A stretch of DNA of 64,000 nt from contig CM082585.2 of the NCBI GenBank assembly GCA_040954595.2, positions 5,233,808 through 5,297,807 of the forward strand, read 5' to 3'. This DNA is from Balanoglossus misakiensis. Its lineage: Eukaryota > Animalia > Hemichordata. Positions 50,201 to 64,000 of this stretch are shown piece by piece (the stretch's first letter is position 1; each line of letters begins with the position of its first letter). The notes beneath the pieces were generated by a model, which was not told the origin of the DNA, did not search any database, and saw only the letters and a list, made by a program, of their open reading frames with translations. The position numbers and the translations under genes are program-made.

Positions 50201-51008
50201 GAATCTTCCTATAGCTAGTGGCTTAGTGCTGGACAATACCGGCTTAACGGTTCTTTTAATGGACTCCATTCCTGATTTAGACTGAATTTATCACTTGGGG
50301 ACAGATTTAACAAGAAATAGTAATCTTGTTGGAATTATTTATGAAAGATTCTTCGATGTTAGGATTTATCATCGGCACGACCGACCCGCTTTCATCGGGG
50401 AGCAAAAAAGATCTGTACCCAATGTTCCCCTTCCTGGAAAACTCGTACTCGTCTGTTATACCTATGAATTTACTGATGCGAATGTACGATTCATTTGAGA
50501 ATTGTAGCTCAGCGAGTTTGTTTTCTTATTTAAAAATTTACAGACACCATAGAAATACAAGATTACATCACAGTCTACCCTGATAAAATGAAAACACACG
50601 GCGTCCCTGCGGTCCCCCGCCCATTTCAGGCGGGATATTTTGTCGTCTGCTGATTTTTGGTGTCTTTTGTAGATTGGAATACGCCAAAGATCTTTCGATG
50701 TTTTAATTTTTTATTTATTTCAAAAGAATGCCTACAGAATTAATGCATGAGCCAATGTATTACCAGGAAAACTCTATTGAGATTGGAAGGGGAACTGAGA
50801 GAAAACTGAAGATCAGACGGCTGAGTCCAGACAAGTCAACATTACCTTTGCTGAGCCAGGGGTTGTAAACAAATTGAACGAGAGATAACTTGGTGAATTT
50901 TCTAACATTGTCAGGGATTGCGCTAGACCTCAGAATATTGGGGTCCCTGGGACCCCTTCCTGGTTCATGTGAACGCGATCCCTGATTATATTCAGAGAGG
51001 GGTGAATA

Positions 51009-51035
51009 TGAGAGAGAGAGAGAGAGAGAGAGAGA
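51009..51035. repeat. (GA)n microsatellite
   Basis: Direct reading. Confidence 0.9.
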
Positions 51036-51718
51036 CGTTAAACTTTGCGAGCTGTCGCTAGTCTGGTGTCTTTGTAATGTGAGTGTGCCCTTTGATGTCA
51101 AATGTGATGACTCTGAGGAAAATGACTTTGAAGAATGCTTGAAAACGACTTAGACGTCCAGCGTTTACACGACAATGGACCCTTCAGAGGACATTTTCTT
51201 TAATTTGATTTTTCCATACATATCACCAGTTTCGTATTCTCCACAGCTTACGTTAATGTTACCTGAGCACATCTTTGTATGACGTTCATTGACACGTGTA
51301 CAATTTTATGACAGATATAATCTCACAATTCTGGCACGGCCAAAAGCTCTAATATAATAATAGTGCGTAGATTGATATCCGGAAGCTTGATATTCGAAAC
51401 ACGATATCAAATCTGGTTATTGATGCTGAATGTCGATTTATGATCGTTACCGAGTGTTTACCAGGGGCCTTCCATCTCCATTGAGACAAAATTAGGGTTC
51501 CTCATTACAAACCGATGAGTTCTCTTAATGAATTTATCTCGGGGCCAAAAGCTTACTGAAGGAAGTGTTTTAACATTGAGAGCACGGCACAACTATCTGT
51601 GTAGTTGCAGTGCTTTGGACTAGGGGCACAACTCGACGTTTCCGTCTAGGAAGCGCGCCCGATAATTGTGGAACTTCGGTGCGTTAAATACGTTCGGCCA
51701 TTAAGTTGGAAATGTCAC

Positions 51719-51789
51719 TAGGTCTGCGTAGCAGGGCTGTGTGGAGGAATTGCTGTATGACGTCACACAGCCCTGCCACGCACAAACTA
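51719..51789. mobile_element. Small TAG...CTA hairpin MITE
   Basis: TAGGTCTGCGTAGCAGGGCTGTGTG / CACACAGCCCTGCCACGCACAAACTA. Degenerate GTCAC-containing flanks. Confidence 0.5.
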
Positions 51790-54700
51790 ACAGTCACACT
51801 TACTGGCAACACCTCTAGGTGAGAAGCGTGACCCCCTTTTCAATGTCTACGTGACATGTATTACCGTCATATGATGTAACTGGTCATAAATCTATGTCGT
51901 CCCCGTATTATGAGAATGCGTCATACCTGGAGACAGGCACAGAAAATGCACAAGTGTGTTCTTTGCTCAGCTGACGGTGGTATTTTTTCGAAATAATTCA
52001 AAAAACATCAAATAATGTCCTGGAAATGCTATGTCTCCCCGCCAACCTCGAACTCTGTAGCGACTATTCAACGAGGGTCATGATTGTAATTTTGTCAAGG
52101 GAGGGCTGGGGTATCTTTTTGGTAGTAGGTAGAGGGTTCGTTCATTTTCAGTGAACAATGACAAGAATTTACCGAGTCGGACCCACTCCCGGCCATATCA
52201 CTAATTTGTTTTACAGGAAACTTCTGACTTTCAAACAAACTTTTTAACAACGTCGCTAAAATCTGAAAAGTGTACGTTTCCATCAACATGGACATCGACA
52301 TTTTCGTTTGCAGCTGTTCAGATTTGGACAAAACACGCTTCCTGATGCTGTACTTAAAATCAACTCTGTAAAAATAGCACATCCGCACCGCGTATTCATT
52401 CGAAATGTCAACGTTTTGTGGCAGCATATGATAGCGGCAATTTCATGTTTCCCGGCGATGGGACAAATTTTACCTGATAGCTGTGATTATATACACTCGC
52501 ATTAGCTTGCATTCACAACGTGAAGAATAGAATCACAGCGGGGTTGAAAAACTCGTTCACGGGTTATTTTTCACAACAACCCCCCCCCCCCTCCCCCAAG
52601 GAGGTGCCCAACTTTAGGGGCCTGCACCGAACACTGTTGCTCATCCTCACTGGTAAATTTGTGTAAGATGAAGCCAGTGAAGACAGAAAGGGAAGGTACA
52701 GCTTCCTTCCGGGGAAAAGAAATGGCGTTGACGACTCTGCTCCAATGTCCGGCACTATCCCGCAAAATACCCGGATGATGCACATCCATTCTCCGCACAT
52801 GTAGGGGTCCCACGTATATACATTACAAAAACCAAAATTCATAGGTTATTCAGTTGAACTTTCAATAATATATGTCGCTTGGTTGAAATGTCCACATCAA
52901 ATGTATACCGAGTGTCAGAACTCGTGTAGGCATGTGACACGTTGACGAAAAATCGATGCCAGCTGATTCTACAGGTGATCACATACGTGTAAATGAATAA
53001 TGATAAATATTATACCAGCTTTTTAGTATCCTGGGCAGGACAAAATTGTAACCGCTATGTCATTTTGTAATACTTGAATATATGTATACATGTATTTTAT
53101 ATAAAACCTCAGGGCGTTACGTCACACTACATTACGTTTCCTCCCGGACTAAAATGTGCTTCTTGGAAACAACACAGAATTGGAAGAAAGTGTCGTCTGC
53201 GAACCTGGACGTTCGATGAACGTTATTCGGGCGGGAGATTTTCTTCGGGAACATTTTTGCATAATGCCGTTTTAATTTTCAAATATATGACAGAAATTTC
53301 GACCTGTATCCCATGGGATTCAACTTGCCCAGACCTACGTAGCAATCAAGTCCGCGCAGAGAACCATCAGATTAATATTTGTTTTCCATGAATAATTGAG
53401 TTGCAATGAAAAACGTGCGACGGTGGGTGACGTCAGAATCACGCACTGTCGATCTGACAGCGGCCAGGTGGTGTGAGAAATCCATTTCTGTCCGCACAGT
53501 CAAATGGGGGAAAAGTTATCTAGGTTTCTGTATTAAAGGTTATGGCATTCCCTGCAAATATCGCAGACGCAATTTCAGTAATGGGTCTCGCGATGTTTTT
53601 TTTGTACCGTAGCTTAAGCCCCCATGTCCGCCTGCCGAGACGTGAACAGGTTCACTCACCCAAGAGCCACTCTACACGTCCTCCAAAAGTCATGGGTGCT
53701 GAGATGCAACAGAGTATAATCTGTCGGTAATTCAGCGATTACACTCTAATGTAATACATATCGGACGTACGTAATACAATTGCCTCGGATCAATTTCCAA
53801 TCTAGGCAAACGTAACTGAAGACCCAAGCAAACTAAGGAAATGAATTTTTCGATTTGATATATAATGTGATATCAACCACATTAAACGTAATCAATCTAT
53901 GTGGTGTTCGTACCATTAAAAGTCTTACACAAATATATTATGTGATTTAATTTCGTGCAATTTAAGATGTGTCTGGAAATGTAGAAATGTGTCTTTCGCT
54001 TCCCAGAGCAGACGTGACGATGGGGGATTTAATTTCTCAGTCTCGTTTACGCAGAGACCGGAAAAGCAAGTGATAACGAGACCAAATTCTGACTGCAGTC
54101 TAACGAGGCTAGTTTTAGTCAAGTAAACAGCTCGCAAAAAATTGTACAGGGCAAATTTCCCTTTAAACTTCTCGACGACACCATTTCTGGCTTATGACGT
54201 CACTAGGTACGTCATCACCTAATTAACATTCAAGCTTACTGGAGGAAACTTTGACGGTTGAACCACAACACTTTAACACGAGCGTTTTTTTCTCCCTTCA
54301 AACATATCCGACGTTCACTTAGTTTGAGCTGTGTTATTATTAAGTACGCCTGTTGCGTTTCTCTCGTTTGTCACGATATCCTTTATCCTTCTGACCGACA
54401 ATCGATAATGCAATATTAATAATGACTTTTTAAAGGCCAACGCGTTCTAAGAGCTGAACATAATTGAAAGTAGATATGGATCACAATGGGGGTTAAAGCA
54501 ATCAACAGGAAGGTCAGTTTTGAGTGAATTATAAAATGAAAATTAGCAATCAATGAAGTCACACGGTAATTTTCATTAGTGTTTTTGAATTTCCTACGAA
54601 AAGGGTTTTGTTGTACGATATTTTCTATAAATGGCTAGTAAACACAGAGGAACAACGTGCGTTAAATTTGTCATGTTATGATCATGCTATGGAGATAAAA

Positions 54701-57700
54701 AAAAACAAAGCGATCGATGCTTCGCGGAGTGCATGCAAGTATGTGTAAAAGACGCCCGCATTCCAAAAAACATGGTCGATGCAGGATGAGTGGGTTGTAG
54801 CGCTGACGGACAATGAAAACTCCTTCCTATACCTCCACGTGTATAGGCCAATGCATGTACTGGTAGCGCTGTAACAGGCAAGCGAGGATGCATGTCACTG
54901 ACGGCGAGCGAATATTGTCAACCGTGACACAGACAAGCGACAGTTCTGAGCACTGAAACAAACAGTACCGCGATGAAGCTGTGCCCGAGAACACTGACGA
55001 ATACAGCTCAAAAAGCGCGCGAAATATCGACACGCAGTTTTCACTGTAAAAGTTTCGTCTTTTGAGCGAAATGTGCAGCCATATGATGTCAAAGCGGGCC
55101 AAACAGTATTCCCCTATAAAAATGTCGAAATCTATTGTTCAACAAGAACCAGTGGAGACGCTACATGCATATGGCGTTTGAGACCATTTGTAAGCGAATG
55201 CGCATGCGGGCCGAACAGACTCCAACACCACATAAACAAAAGCGGCCAAAAGGCTGAAGTTTTTATGCAAGTTGCATACATTTTTAAACCTTAAATCAAT
55301 TTAAATAAAATACGCGTTTTTGAAAAAAAATATGAATTCTTTATAGCGAGCTGAGGGGCCAGCTTACCACTATTTAGAACTAACAAGCATAGTAAATCAC
55401 GTCAGAGAAATTAACATTCCATAATTTATGCAAAGAACCGGCCAATAGTGGATACACGCTGTCGTATTGCAAAGATCGGCCCGTGGTCCATTTTTCATTT
55501 ACGAAACGTTTAAGACACCGCAAAGTAGCTTCTACAAAATGGTGAGTTCCTTTTGATCTTTGTCACTATAATCTTCACGGATGTATTGGAACACTCTATA
55601 TGCACTTTATTACCCCGTCCTACATTGGGCTCTGTGGAGGCGTAAGCTACTAGCGCTCGTGCGTCTGTGCGATTCGTTTGTCCTGTCTATCGTCGATATC
55701 ATTCCTTTTCTCAAACTCTGCCGACAACATAATCCTATCAAAAATCGACGTCATCCACTGACTCTGATGTCTAAATGATTGGATGCACGATTGTCGACAA
55801 CTCAGGCCCAATTATTACCGTTTACTAACACCACCTTCTCATTGACCGTATGTCTAACGATAGAAAAATCGCTTACCTTAAAAAAAGACACAGATATCTG
55901 GCTGTTTTAGCTTACACGTTCCATTACACGCTGTGATAGTCTGTCGTTTGGGCAGAGATCGACTGCTTTAAGGACAATTACAATCCCTGTCTTCGTCCAG
56001 CAAAGACGCATTTAGGTCCACTCGACTGAGTCAAGAGAAAACCACGCATCCTGTGTAGAGAGAAAATATATGATTTGGTAATTTTGTAACCAAGATTTCA
56101 ATCACCCCAATTTTATGTACAGAAGGAAACGTCAAAATATTTAATCTTCAAATGAGATGGATATCATTTTCAAGTTTGGTTAACATCCCGGTTATTACAT
56201 TTTGACGCATTCCCATAACTTTCTTTTTACAAGAAAAACACATATTTTTTTCACCATGGAAATCAATTACACAGGCAATTAAGCTATGGATGTAGTCGCC
56301 CACGGCAATATTTACATTATGTCGCAATTACGCTAACAATATTGAGTGTTGTAATTACGTGTAATATTAATACTTGATTAATTCTAGTAATTAATAATGA
56401 AAGTGGTTCAGGTAGACTGACTGTCATGGACAATAGCCCATTTTCTGAACACCACGAGAACCTGCGAGATCTCACGTGGCTAGGTAGTTTATATGGGAGG
56501 ACATGGTCTACGGTGTTAAACATTTCAACAGTTGCGGTTTTCGTTAAATTATGCACCTATTCTACTTACATACGAAGCTGGACTTGTATTACCTTGCTAT
56601 CAACCCGTTGCTAAGGCAATTTAACCAAGTCTCGCGTGATTTCGCGATGAGCATCTAGTGCCGTTGTGATGACGCGAAAGCTGCCGAAATGCGTCTCAAT
56701 TCTGTAAAAAAAAATAACTTAGAAATAACTGCGCTCCTATGTCTTATTGAATAACCGTATCGACCAATCTGAAGTGAAAACTATCAGTAACGCTATCCGT
56801 ATCCACTCTGGTGTCACGTGACTCCCCCAAGGGGACAGCCTCATCGAAATTATCATACGAATTCGATTACCGAATTAACCCGCGGCGTGTGCAAGGAAAG
56901 CGATTCTTTGCATCAATAACTACATTTGGACACGGCCACTTCACATATGTGGACAGGTGTGGCGAATATATCTGGTTAACCCAACGTGAACGCGGCTTGA
57001 GTGGGAAACGCTAATTAAATCACATATTTTACAACTTGCAGTCTATTCTATGTGCGTCCGCAGTGTTTTGTTTATCTATAAGTACAAGTACATTACATGT
57101 AATTACCTTGGAAACGCACCAAGCAATTTGTTTATCAAATCAATTAATCGATTTTTCATTACAGGATCTTTCGTAGGCTACATATTAAATCTAATATGTT
57201 AACGACAAGAAAAATCCCCTAAAATGTGTATGCATGCCGTAATGAAATTATCGCACTACTTGTGTGTATTCAAGGTCGGCGTAATGTAACTGCCAAGGTC
57301 GATGGGAGGGTAGAGAAACCTCTGACAATTGGTACATGCACACCCCGCTGTCTTTAGCAACATTCATTTTGGCTGCCACCCACCCACCCCTCACCCGAGC
57401 ATGCTGAAACGTTCGGTATTTGATCGGGCAATCCACAGCCCACAACATCTCTCATGAAATTGTAGTTGCAATAGGAAATGAGAAAGGAAAAGCTATTTTT
57501 CTCACAGCCCACGGTTCGCTACAAGGCTCTTCACTGAGGCGCCCTCAACCGTTCAGCAAAGGAGAAGCCCCATATGGTTATGTGTAGCGAACCTCTCGCC
57601 GGGCACACATGCAATCAGACTATAAGCCCTGCATGGACGGCGAGAGGGGCTGTGAGAGAGTCTACAGACAATGTTACCCGCTCCACACATTAAGCATTGT

Positions 57701-60156
57701 GTGGCGCCCTCTTCCAAAACACCGAGGCATATATGCAGCTGTGAAACTATCAATTTTGCAGTTTCCGCTACTTGGTAGTTACGTTGCCATGGTTTTGCGT
57801 TACCAGAGCAAGTACGGCGGGATATATGTGTTGAGTGGCTGGGCAAATAATGTCAAGTGCGAGTCGATTTATCTTCGTAAACATTGACGTTGAGAGTTTG
57901 AGATCGCGAATCTGGGTTGTATAAAGTAAAACTGGAACAGTATACAAATGTATCGTTTTATAATACATCTGGCACCGAGAACAATATAATTTGTTTGTTT
58001 TTTATGAATCTGAGTAAATCTACGATATAGAAATGACTAGACAACTATGCCAATATAAATCTCTTTATCTCAGCAACAGACGTTCAATAACACAACGTGT
58101 AAATTAATGGCGTCATCCTTGGGCAGTTTCGACGACACGATATTGTCTCCTGGATTCCTTTGTTTGTCGTTGCTTAGTGACACGGTGCTTGTATTTAGGA
58201 AGGTGTTTGAAATAATACTCCATTCAATACAGGTATTCAAAATAATATGTGACATACTGCAGTTTTTTAGTGTAAAATGAAATTAAGCATTTTTAATATA
58301 GCGTTCTTTCAAAACTCAAATTAAGTTTTGCGAACAACGAATGTACTGAAATTAGGTCATAGATAAATAGATGCCATTTTATTGCATTTTAAACGAAACA
58401 ATAGACTACCTGCCAAGTATAATTTATTTAATTAAGTATAGATTACGGTGATTCCATGCAGATTTAGCATAGCTCGAAATTATAATTCATACGTTTTAAT
58501 TTCATTTGGCTTGCTAGATTGAATACGACATTTCAACGGCAAGAATCCCGTGGTACTAGAATATGATTAGGCTTTTCAAACGTATCGCGACGGAAACGTG
58601 TTTTTTTATTTGATTCTAAGCGACTGCGTACAGATAATTCGGAATTTCTGAATATGTAATTTGCGATGGGAAAATCTTTTTGTAGTTCGCAGCAGTCGCG
58701 GAGTAGAAATGTATGTTCCGTTCCGTGAATCGGAAAGATGATATCAGTGAAAGACGCGCGGTAGTTGGCGGTTGTTGGAACAATGGCGGCACTGTTACCT
58801 CGTGACTGAAGAACAAGAAATGTCAATGTTATGTTCACGCGATCTTGGAGTCACATGGCGCCTTTCCCATCACTTAATTGGCTTGAAACGTTAGAATTTT
58901 TTTCCAGCAGCGCCTCTTCGCGCAAATGAACCTGTACATCGAAAGTAGTTTACAAACGGCGACGTTACAATGTCCCTTTTGTGGCGGGAAAACGAGGGAA
59001 CGGAAACCAGAGAAGCGAGTTTGGCGAAACAGAAAGTCGCGGACAGGTGTCAATCTTGACGGCTATCATAGTTGTGAGAATGTCAATCATGGCCTGCGGT
59101 TTAACACTCGGTTAATCCAAGTTTAAAGTCGATGGCGTGGTGGTGTTTAAAATAAAACCGTGTCAAGTCCAAAACACCATTTGGTTTGGCTTTCGTCATA
59201 TTACATCAACACATGTAAAACACAAAACAAATTCCATATTAAATCGTCTTCAATAAATGTCTGCACGAATGTTACTGTCAAATCATGTTAATCGAGCCAA
59301 TATTTTATCTGCTTTAATGATCTGTTTATTTTATTGGTCAGTTATTCGTGTTTGTGACCATTGCGTTCTATTCTTAGTGGGGACTTGAATACGGGTGTGT
59401 CCTCCTCAAAAGGTGTTAGTGAGCCGGTACTTCGTGGCGCGTCTTATTTTTTAAGGTGCTTGCAGTATATAGCGCGCTTTGCGATGATGTGTAAACTGCG
59501 CCACGAGTAAACACTGGGATCGGCGAGCTATAAGACCGTCGAACAATCGTCACACAGGGTAACATTGTCCATGCGTAGAAACTATGTGACACCAGAGTTC
59601 AGCTGTTACCATGGTAACCAAACTTTGTCCCACAACACCACCGTTGTGTCCATTGTTTAGCGTGGGGGAATGGCGCGACGTGGACGCGCAGCCCGTGGCG
59701 ACCTAAAAAAAATACAAGGTGATCGCTTTTTTGATGAGAGCAGCGGTGCGGGTAAATACATTTTTTGCGCGAACGTTTTTTGCGTGGATTGCTTTCATGG
59801 TTTGCTTAAAAGGTACTGCAGACTGCATAAGGTTTGTCGCGAAAACACAGACGCGTTGTCTCCCAGCGACTCGAACTACGCGTATTCAGACACTTTACAA
59901 ACCGACCCACCTACTCCACCTGCACTACCCTAAATGAAAATAGTTTCGCCCATTAAAGTATACGTCATGTATGGCCATAACTTTTTTGTTAATCATAGCA
60001 TTCAACAACGCTCGGCGGTATCATCTTAGCATGCCGTCACAGATATGATCGATCGGACTCGGAAATCAACGGGGACCTCTAGTTCATTTCGCAGCGTGCG
60101 TGACCACTCAACCTCAGAGACACTCGTGTGCCGGGGGAAAGTTTCCGCGTGAAACG

Positions 60157-60386
60157 ATGGTAGGTTTAGTCAATGGACGTGCCCTGGGTTTTTATATAGC
60201 GAATACGCAGATAGTGACCATACAACGTAACATTCTCCCGCACATACCCGGCCAGCCAAACTTCCTCCAGTCAAACTAACGCCCAGTTTTTTCCCTTTCT
60301 TTCGGTTCCCAGTACGGTTTCATCAACCTCTGCGTCAAGGCGCTGGTGACGGAAAAGTTCGGCGAGGCAGCGTGGGAAAAAGTCAG
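60157..60386 (+). CDS. Soluble guanylate cyclase beta subunit (GUCY1B2-like, H-NOX domain), first two coding exons; gene presumably continues beyond the window
   Basis: ATG|GTAGGT at 60157-60159, then a strong polypyrimidine acceptor and a 74-nt exon 60313-60386 giving MYGFINLCVKALVTEKFGEAAWEKV(R/S). This resembles the sGC beta-2 N-terminus (MYGFINTCL..LVTEKFGEETWEKL), and the ATG-only first coding exon is typical of sGC beta genes. Exon 3 not found before 64000. Confidence 0.85.
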
Positions 60387-63300
60387 GTGGGTTACTTTCT
60401 GTCTCTCATTCAGCATCGTTTCTTTGTCAAGTTTTTTTTCAATTTCGTCTTTAAAATGTAATGTTAGTTTTTTCACCTCAATTTTTGTATTGTCTATCGT
60501 CGATAATTTCTCATTAACATGCTAAAATATCCAGTATGCGCCTGGCCTGTCGACATAACCTTTTACGCAGTAAGCATTATTGTCATTGAAAAGTGAATAC
60601 ATGTATTCCAGTACAGATTGTCATTTAACTTTTAACAATGTACATATATACAACATTTTCTGCCAGAGCGTTCAGACAAGCTATATCAAGCGCGTTCCAC
60701 CAAGCGCCAGGAATTCGAACAAGACAGGGACATACAAAAACAAATACACAGAAAATCGTACCCACATTTACAGCCTTGGGGTCTTTACACGCGAAATGGG
60801 ACTCATAGCGACAAGAGAACAATAAAACCAGACAGGTTGCTGAAAGGAGTTACTGCGATTCTGCGATCATAAAAAAACTCAAGCACGTCGGAAAGAATGA
60901 TTGCCTCGTTTTCCACAACACTGCGGAATTAAGGTCATTTTGTGGTCATCGATATATAATTCCAAATCTTTCCGATCTTATGGACACAGACCCAGTTTCG
61001 AGCAACCTAAAAAGTCACTGTTTTACTCTTGCGACTGATTTTTCTATAATTCAACTAAGTGATATTTATGTTGACTTTTTAAATTATTATCTCATGAAAA
61101 GTAAGGCGGAAAATGTTTGAAAACACCTAAACTTGTCTGTGTGATCTGAATCTGGAGTATTCAGCCCCGAACGTGGAATGTGATATGCTGTTCGTGACGT
61201 TGATCGCTATCGACGAATTTCAAGCAGATTCAATATTAGGCTTAGTTTTTGAAATATGAAACGTTAAATACAATTTGAGGGAAAACCGGAGCCAATTACT
61301 GGCACTCGTCACGTGGTTTGACGGTGTATGCGCGTCAGGTGAGCTGTCAATCATCTTTTCTTTCTCGCGGTATTATGCTCGCCGACAGATTTGTAGGTTG
61401 TGGGCACGTGGACATGAAAAACACATCTCATGTCCAATGGACGATGTCTTAATAGGAATAGTGGAGAAAATCTTGCTTTTTTTTCAAAATTAGTGATAAA
61501 TATTGGTGCCAAGCACACAGCGGGACAACCTAAGATGTGTAATCAATAATAGTCTATCGCCGTTGACGATGCATACGGCCACTATTATGCACTTGATGAC
61601 TTTTCACATATTCAAAATACGTAAATGAATGTGAACATACCCCCCTTGACGAGCCATGTTAACATCCTATTCTTCGCAAACTAGGTTTAATAACCTCATC
61701 TCCGACGAAAATAAAATAATCACTGTCGTCGTATTTGTGGTCATAGTCAGTTATCACCATTGCTAGTGTATTACTAAGTCGAGTTTCTCCGTCAGCCTGG
61801 CAGTCTGACTTCGCGTCGAACGACGGCACAGAAAAATCGAAATTTGTGAGCGATTTGACGGAGTGAAAAACTATCACATCCCACGATATTTTCAATGGCC
61901 AGAGTACAGTGTTAAATCGGTAAATCAAACGCTGGAGTGGGCCATAAATGTCTATATATGTACAAGTGTAATCCCCTTATCCCTTGGAGATGTGAAATTC
62001 AGTTACCACGGGCCCTATATCGGGTAAAGGTCCGGGCTGTGTCCACTTGCAATGATTGTACTCGTAATAGAGGGTATAAACACCGCCCGTGTAAATCAAG
62101 ATTGATCAGCGGTCGTGATCATACTGTTAGAGCGATTTTCCGCTTAGCGGTTTACCAGATGTACGTAATTAGCCCCAGCATACGACATACGCAGGTATTC
62201 ACAGGTTGAATCAAGCAGTCAGTGATTCCAGCGCATGTGCAGCACGGCGTGAGTTACGCGAAACACAGTGCGACGGACAAATATGTCGACAGCCTCGAAC
62301 ATCAAGATTTCGAGAGACTTAGTGTTTACGTACGTATAAACAGGTTGATGTGCATGTACAAGAAGTACAATGCGCTAGTTTTCGCCCCACACCTGGCATC
62401 GGATCAAATCCAGGTCATCGGAAACCAGCGGACCGTAACGCCTGCGCTCCGTTATCTCCCCGCACCCTTGAAAGAACCCTTTATCACGTTAACGGTAAAA
62501 GCTCTCCGTATATGTGTGATGCCAAAACTGAATGTTAAACCGTCTGAGTGGATTCCCACCGCCACGGCTGAAAGTGACACCGCCTTGATTGAATTCGAGA
62601 GGTGGTTCGAATTTAATTGGCAAAAAGTTCCCAAGATTTTGCTTGTACAGAAACGGACGATTTCGGTGTTAACTTCACTGGTAGCGACCGAATCGCATAC
62701 CGTTGAAGCTGTACACACATATATATATAAAGCAAGGGGCCTTGGATTTCGTTGAAATTTATGTGTCGCGTTCGGCTGTCATTGTTTACGTATACAAACT
62801 GGTCCCGCTTACAGTGTGTAAAGGAGTGTTCACTAGCTCACACAGCTTTCGAGTTAATAGAAACGATAACCGATGTTTTCTTTTCAGTTATGAAATTGAT
62901 TAATGGGCAATTTCGGTATTCCATTTACGATTTATTTTCTTGTAATGTTTATCTCTTCTGGCGAAAACACGAAAATAGAGCTCATGGCGAAATTCTTTCA
63001 ATGAACCAACCTGTTGCCAAGGGTCGTGTCATTTCTCACAACACATGTCCATATGTTCAACGAAAATAATGGTGGTGAACGCTATCCTTGTAGAATTAAA
63101 CATTACCCCGGTCACAATGATGCAGACTTTCTGGGGCGAGGTTCAATGTCTACAAAGGGAGTAAATATTTCAATGAAGTATTCACCCAACTACAGCGATT
63201 GTACGTTTTATCACGTTTTCAGAATCATGGCAACGTCACATTTTTCCTGATATTAATTTTTTTTTTAATTTATTAATTTTAACGGCCGGTATAATCAGTA

Positions 63301-64000
63301 TTCTTTCTTAAACTTTATAAATAATTTCACATCAAAATGGCGGCAAAGCGAGGCAACCATAACAAACATTTCGTCTGCTTGACCGGCAAAAATTGTTCCT
63401 CCTCGAAAACTCAATAGCGCCTTTCATAATGGCGGTGTGATCTCCACCGGAGTCAAGGCAGGGTCACCTACAGTCCTCCAAACAGGCACCCTTTGTGTCT
63501 TAAGCGACAGAAATGACCACTATTATCACAGCGAACAACGTCCCCGAGAAGACAACACCTTGAATCAGATGGGTCGAATTGGGGTATTGATAACATTTTG
63601 CTCATTGCCTGTTGTCGTTCCGCGCCAGTTCTCCTGTTCTGCTAACTGCTGAACTCACTGTCGGCAAGTACGTAGGGCACCACGCTCACAATTCTCACAC
63701 AGATACAACAATCGCGACACTGCAGAACACACAAATCATGATTTGAGAGTTCACATTCCGAATATTTCTGTTCCAGTGGGCGGAATAACAAAATTTCGTG
63801 AAAATAAGAATATTGCCGAAGACTGATGGGTGTGTCCCTTTAAGGGTCAAAGTACTGTCTCTCTCGACAAAAGCGTCCTATTTCCAGACGTTCTCCGCAA
63901 AAGAGATTTATTTAAGAGGTCGTAAAACCATTCTTTCATAATACAAAGATTCTCGCATTCTATACCTGTACTTCTTATTCATAGCTATATCTGTTGAAAG

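Noticed and set aside
62222-62755. 177-aa ORF and other 60-120 aa ORFs in 38-64 kb
   Set aside because: Mostly non-ATG starts, no recognisable domains, no consistent splice structure, and no resemblance to sGC exon 3.

Overview
Eukaryotic (invertebrate animal, probably marine; the taxon is inference) genomic DNA with GT-AG introns, so most track ORFs are exon fragments or noise. Reading the exons by hand gives five parts. (1) 0.4-10.3 kb is a cluster of small genes I do not recognise. It has two 3-exon genes for 64-66 aa proteins with N-myristoylation-type starts (MGNWCS/MGNQSS), and three intronless paralogues plus one truncated copy encoding a duplicated E-x-H-x4-5-C...R/S-x-C-x1-3-C putative Zn module. 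Most members have a TATA box and NF-kB, AP-1 or C/EBP-type sites. (2) An 8-exon ADP-ribosylglycohydrolase-fold gene (+, 12.7-18.5 kb) has non-canonical metal-binding motifs. (3) A convergent 16-exon gene (-, 38076-19511) encodes a signal peptide and a complete EGFR/ErbB-type ectodomain. Its dimerisation arm is shortened and it ends in a leucine-zipper-like tail with no transmembrane or kinase exons, so it is a predicted secreted decoy. One intron holds about 8 kb of 88-bp satellite split by a Helentron/HINE-like element. (4) About 22 kb of largely non-coding DNA with MITEs. (5) The first two exons of a soluble guanylate cyclase beta-2-like gene near 60.2 kb, with two possible alternative ATG|GT first exons upstream.
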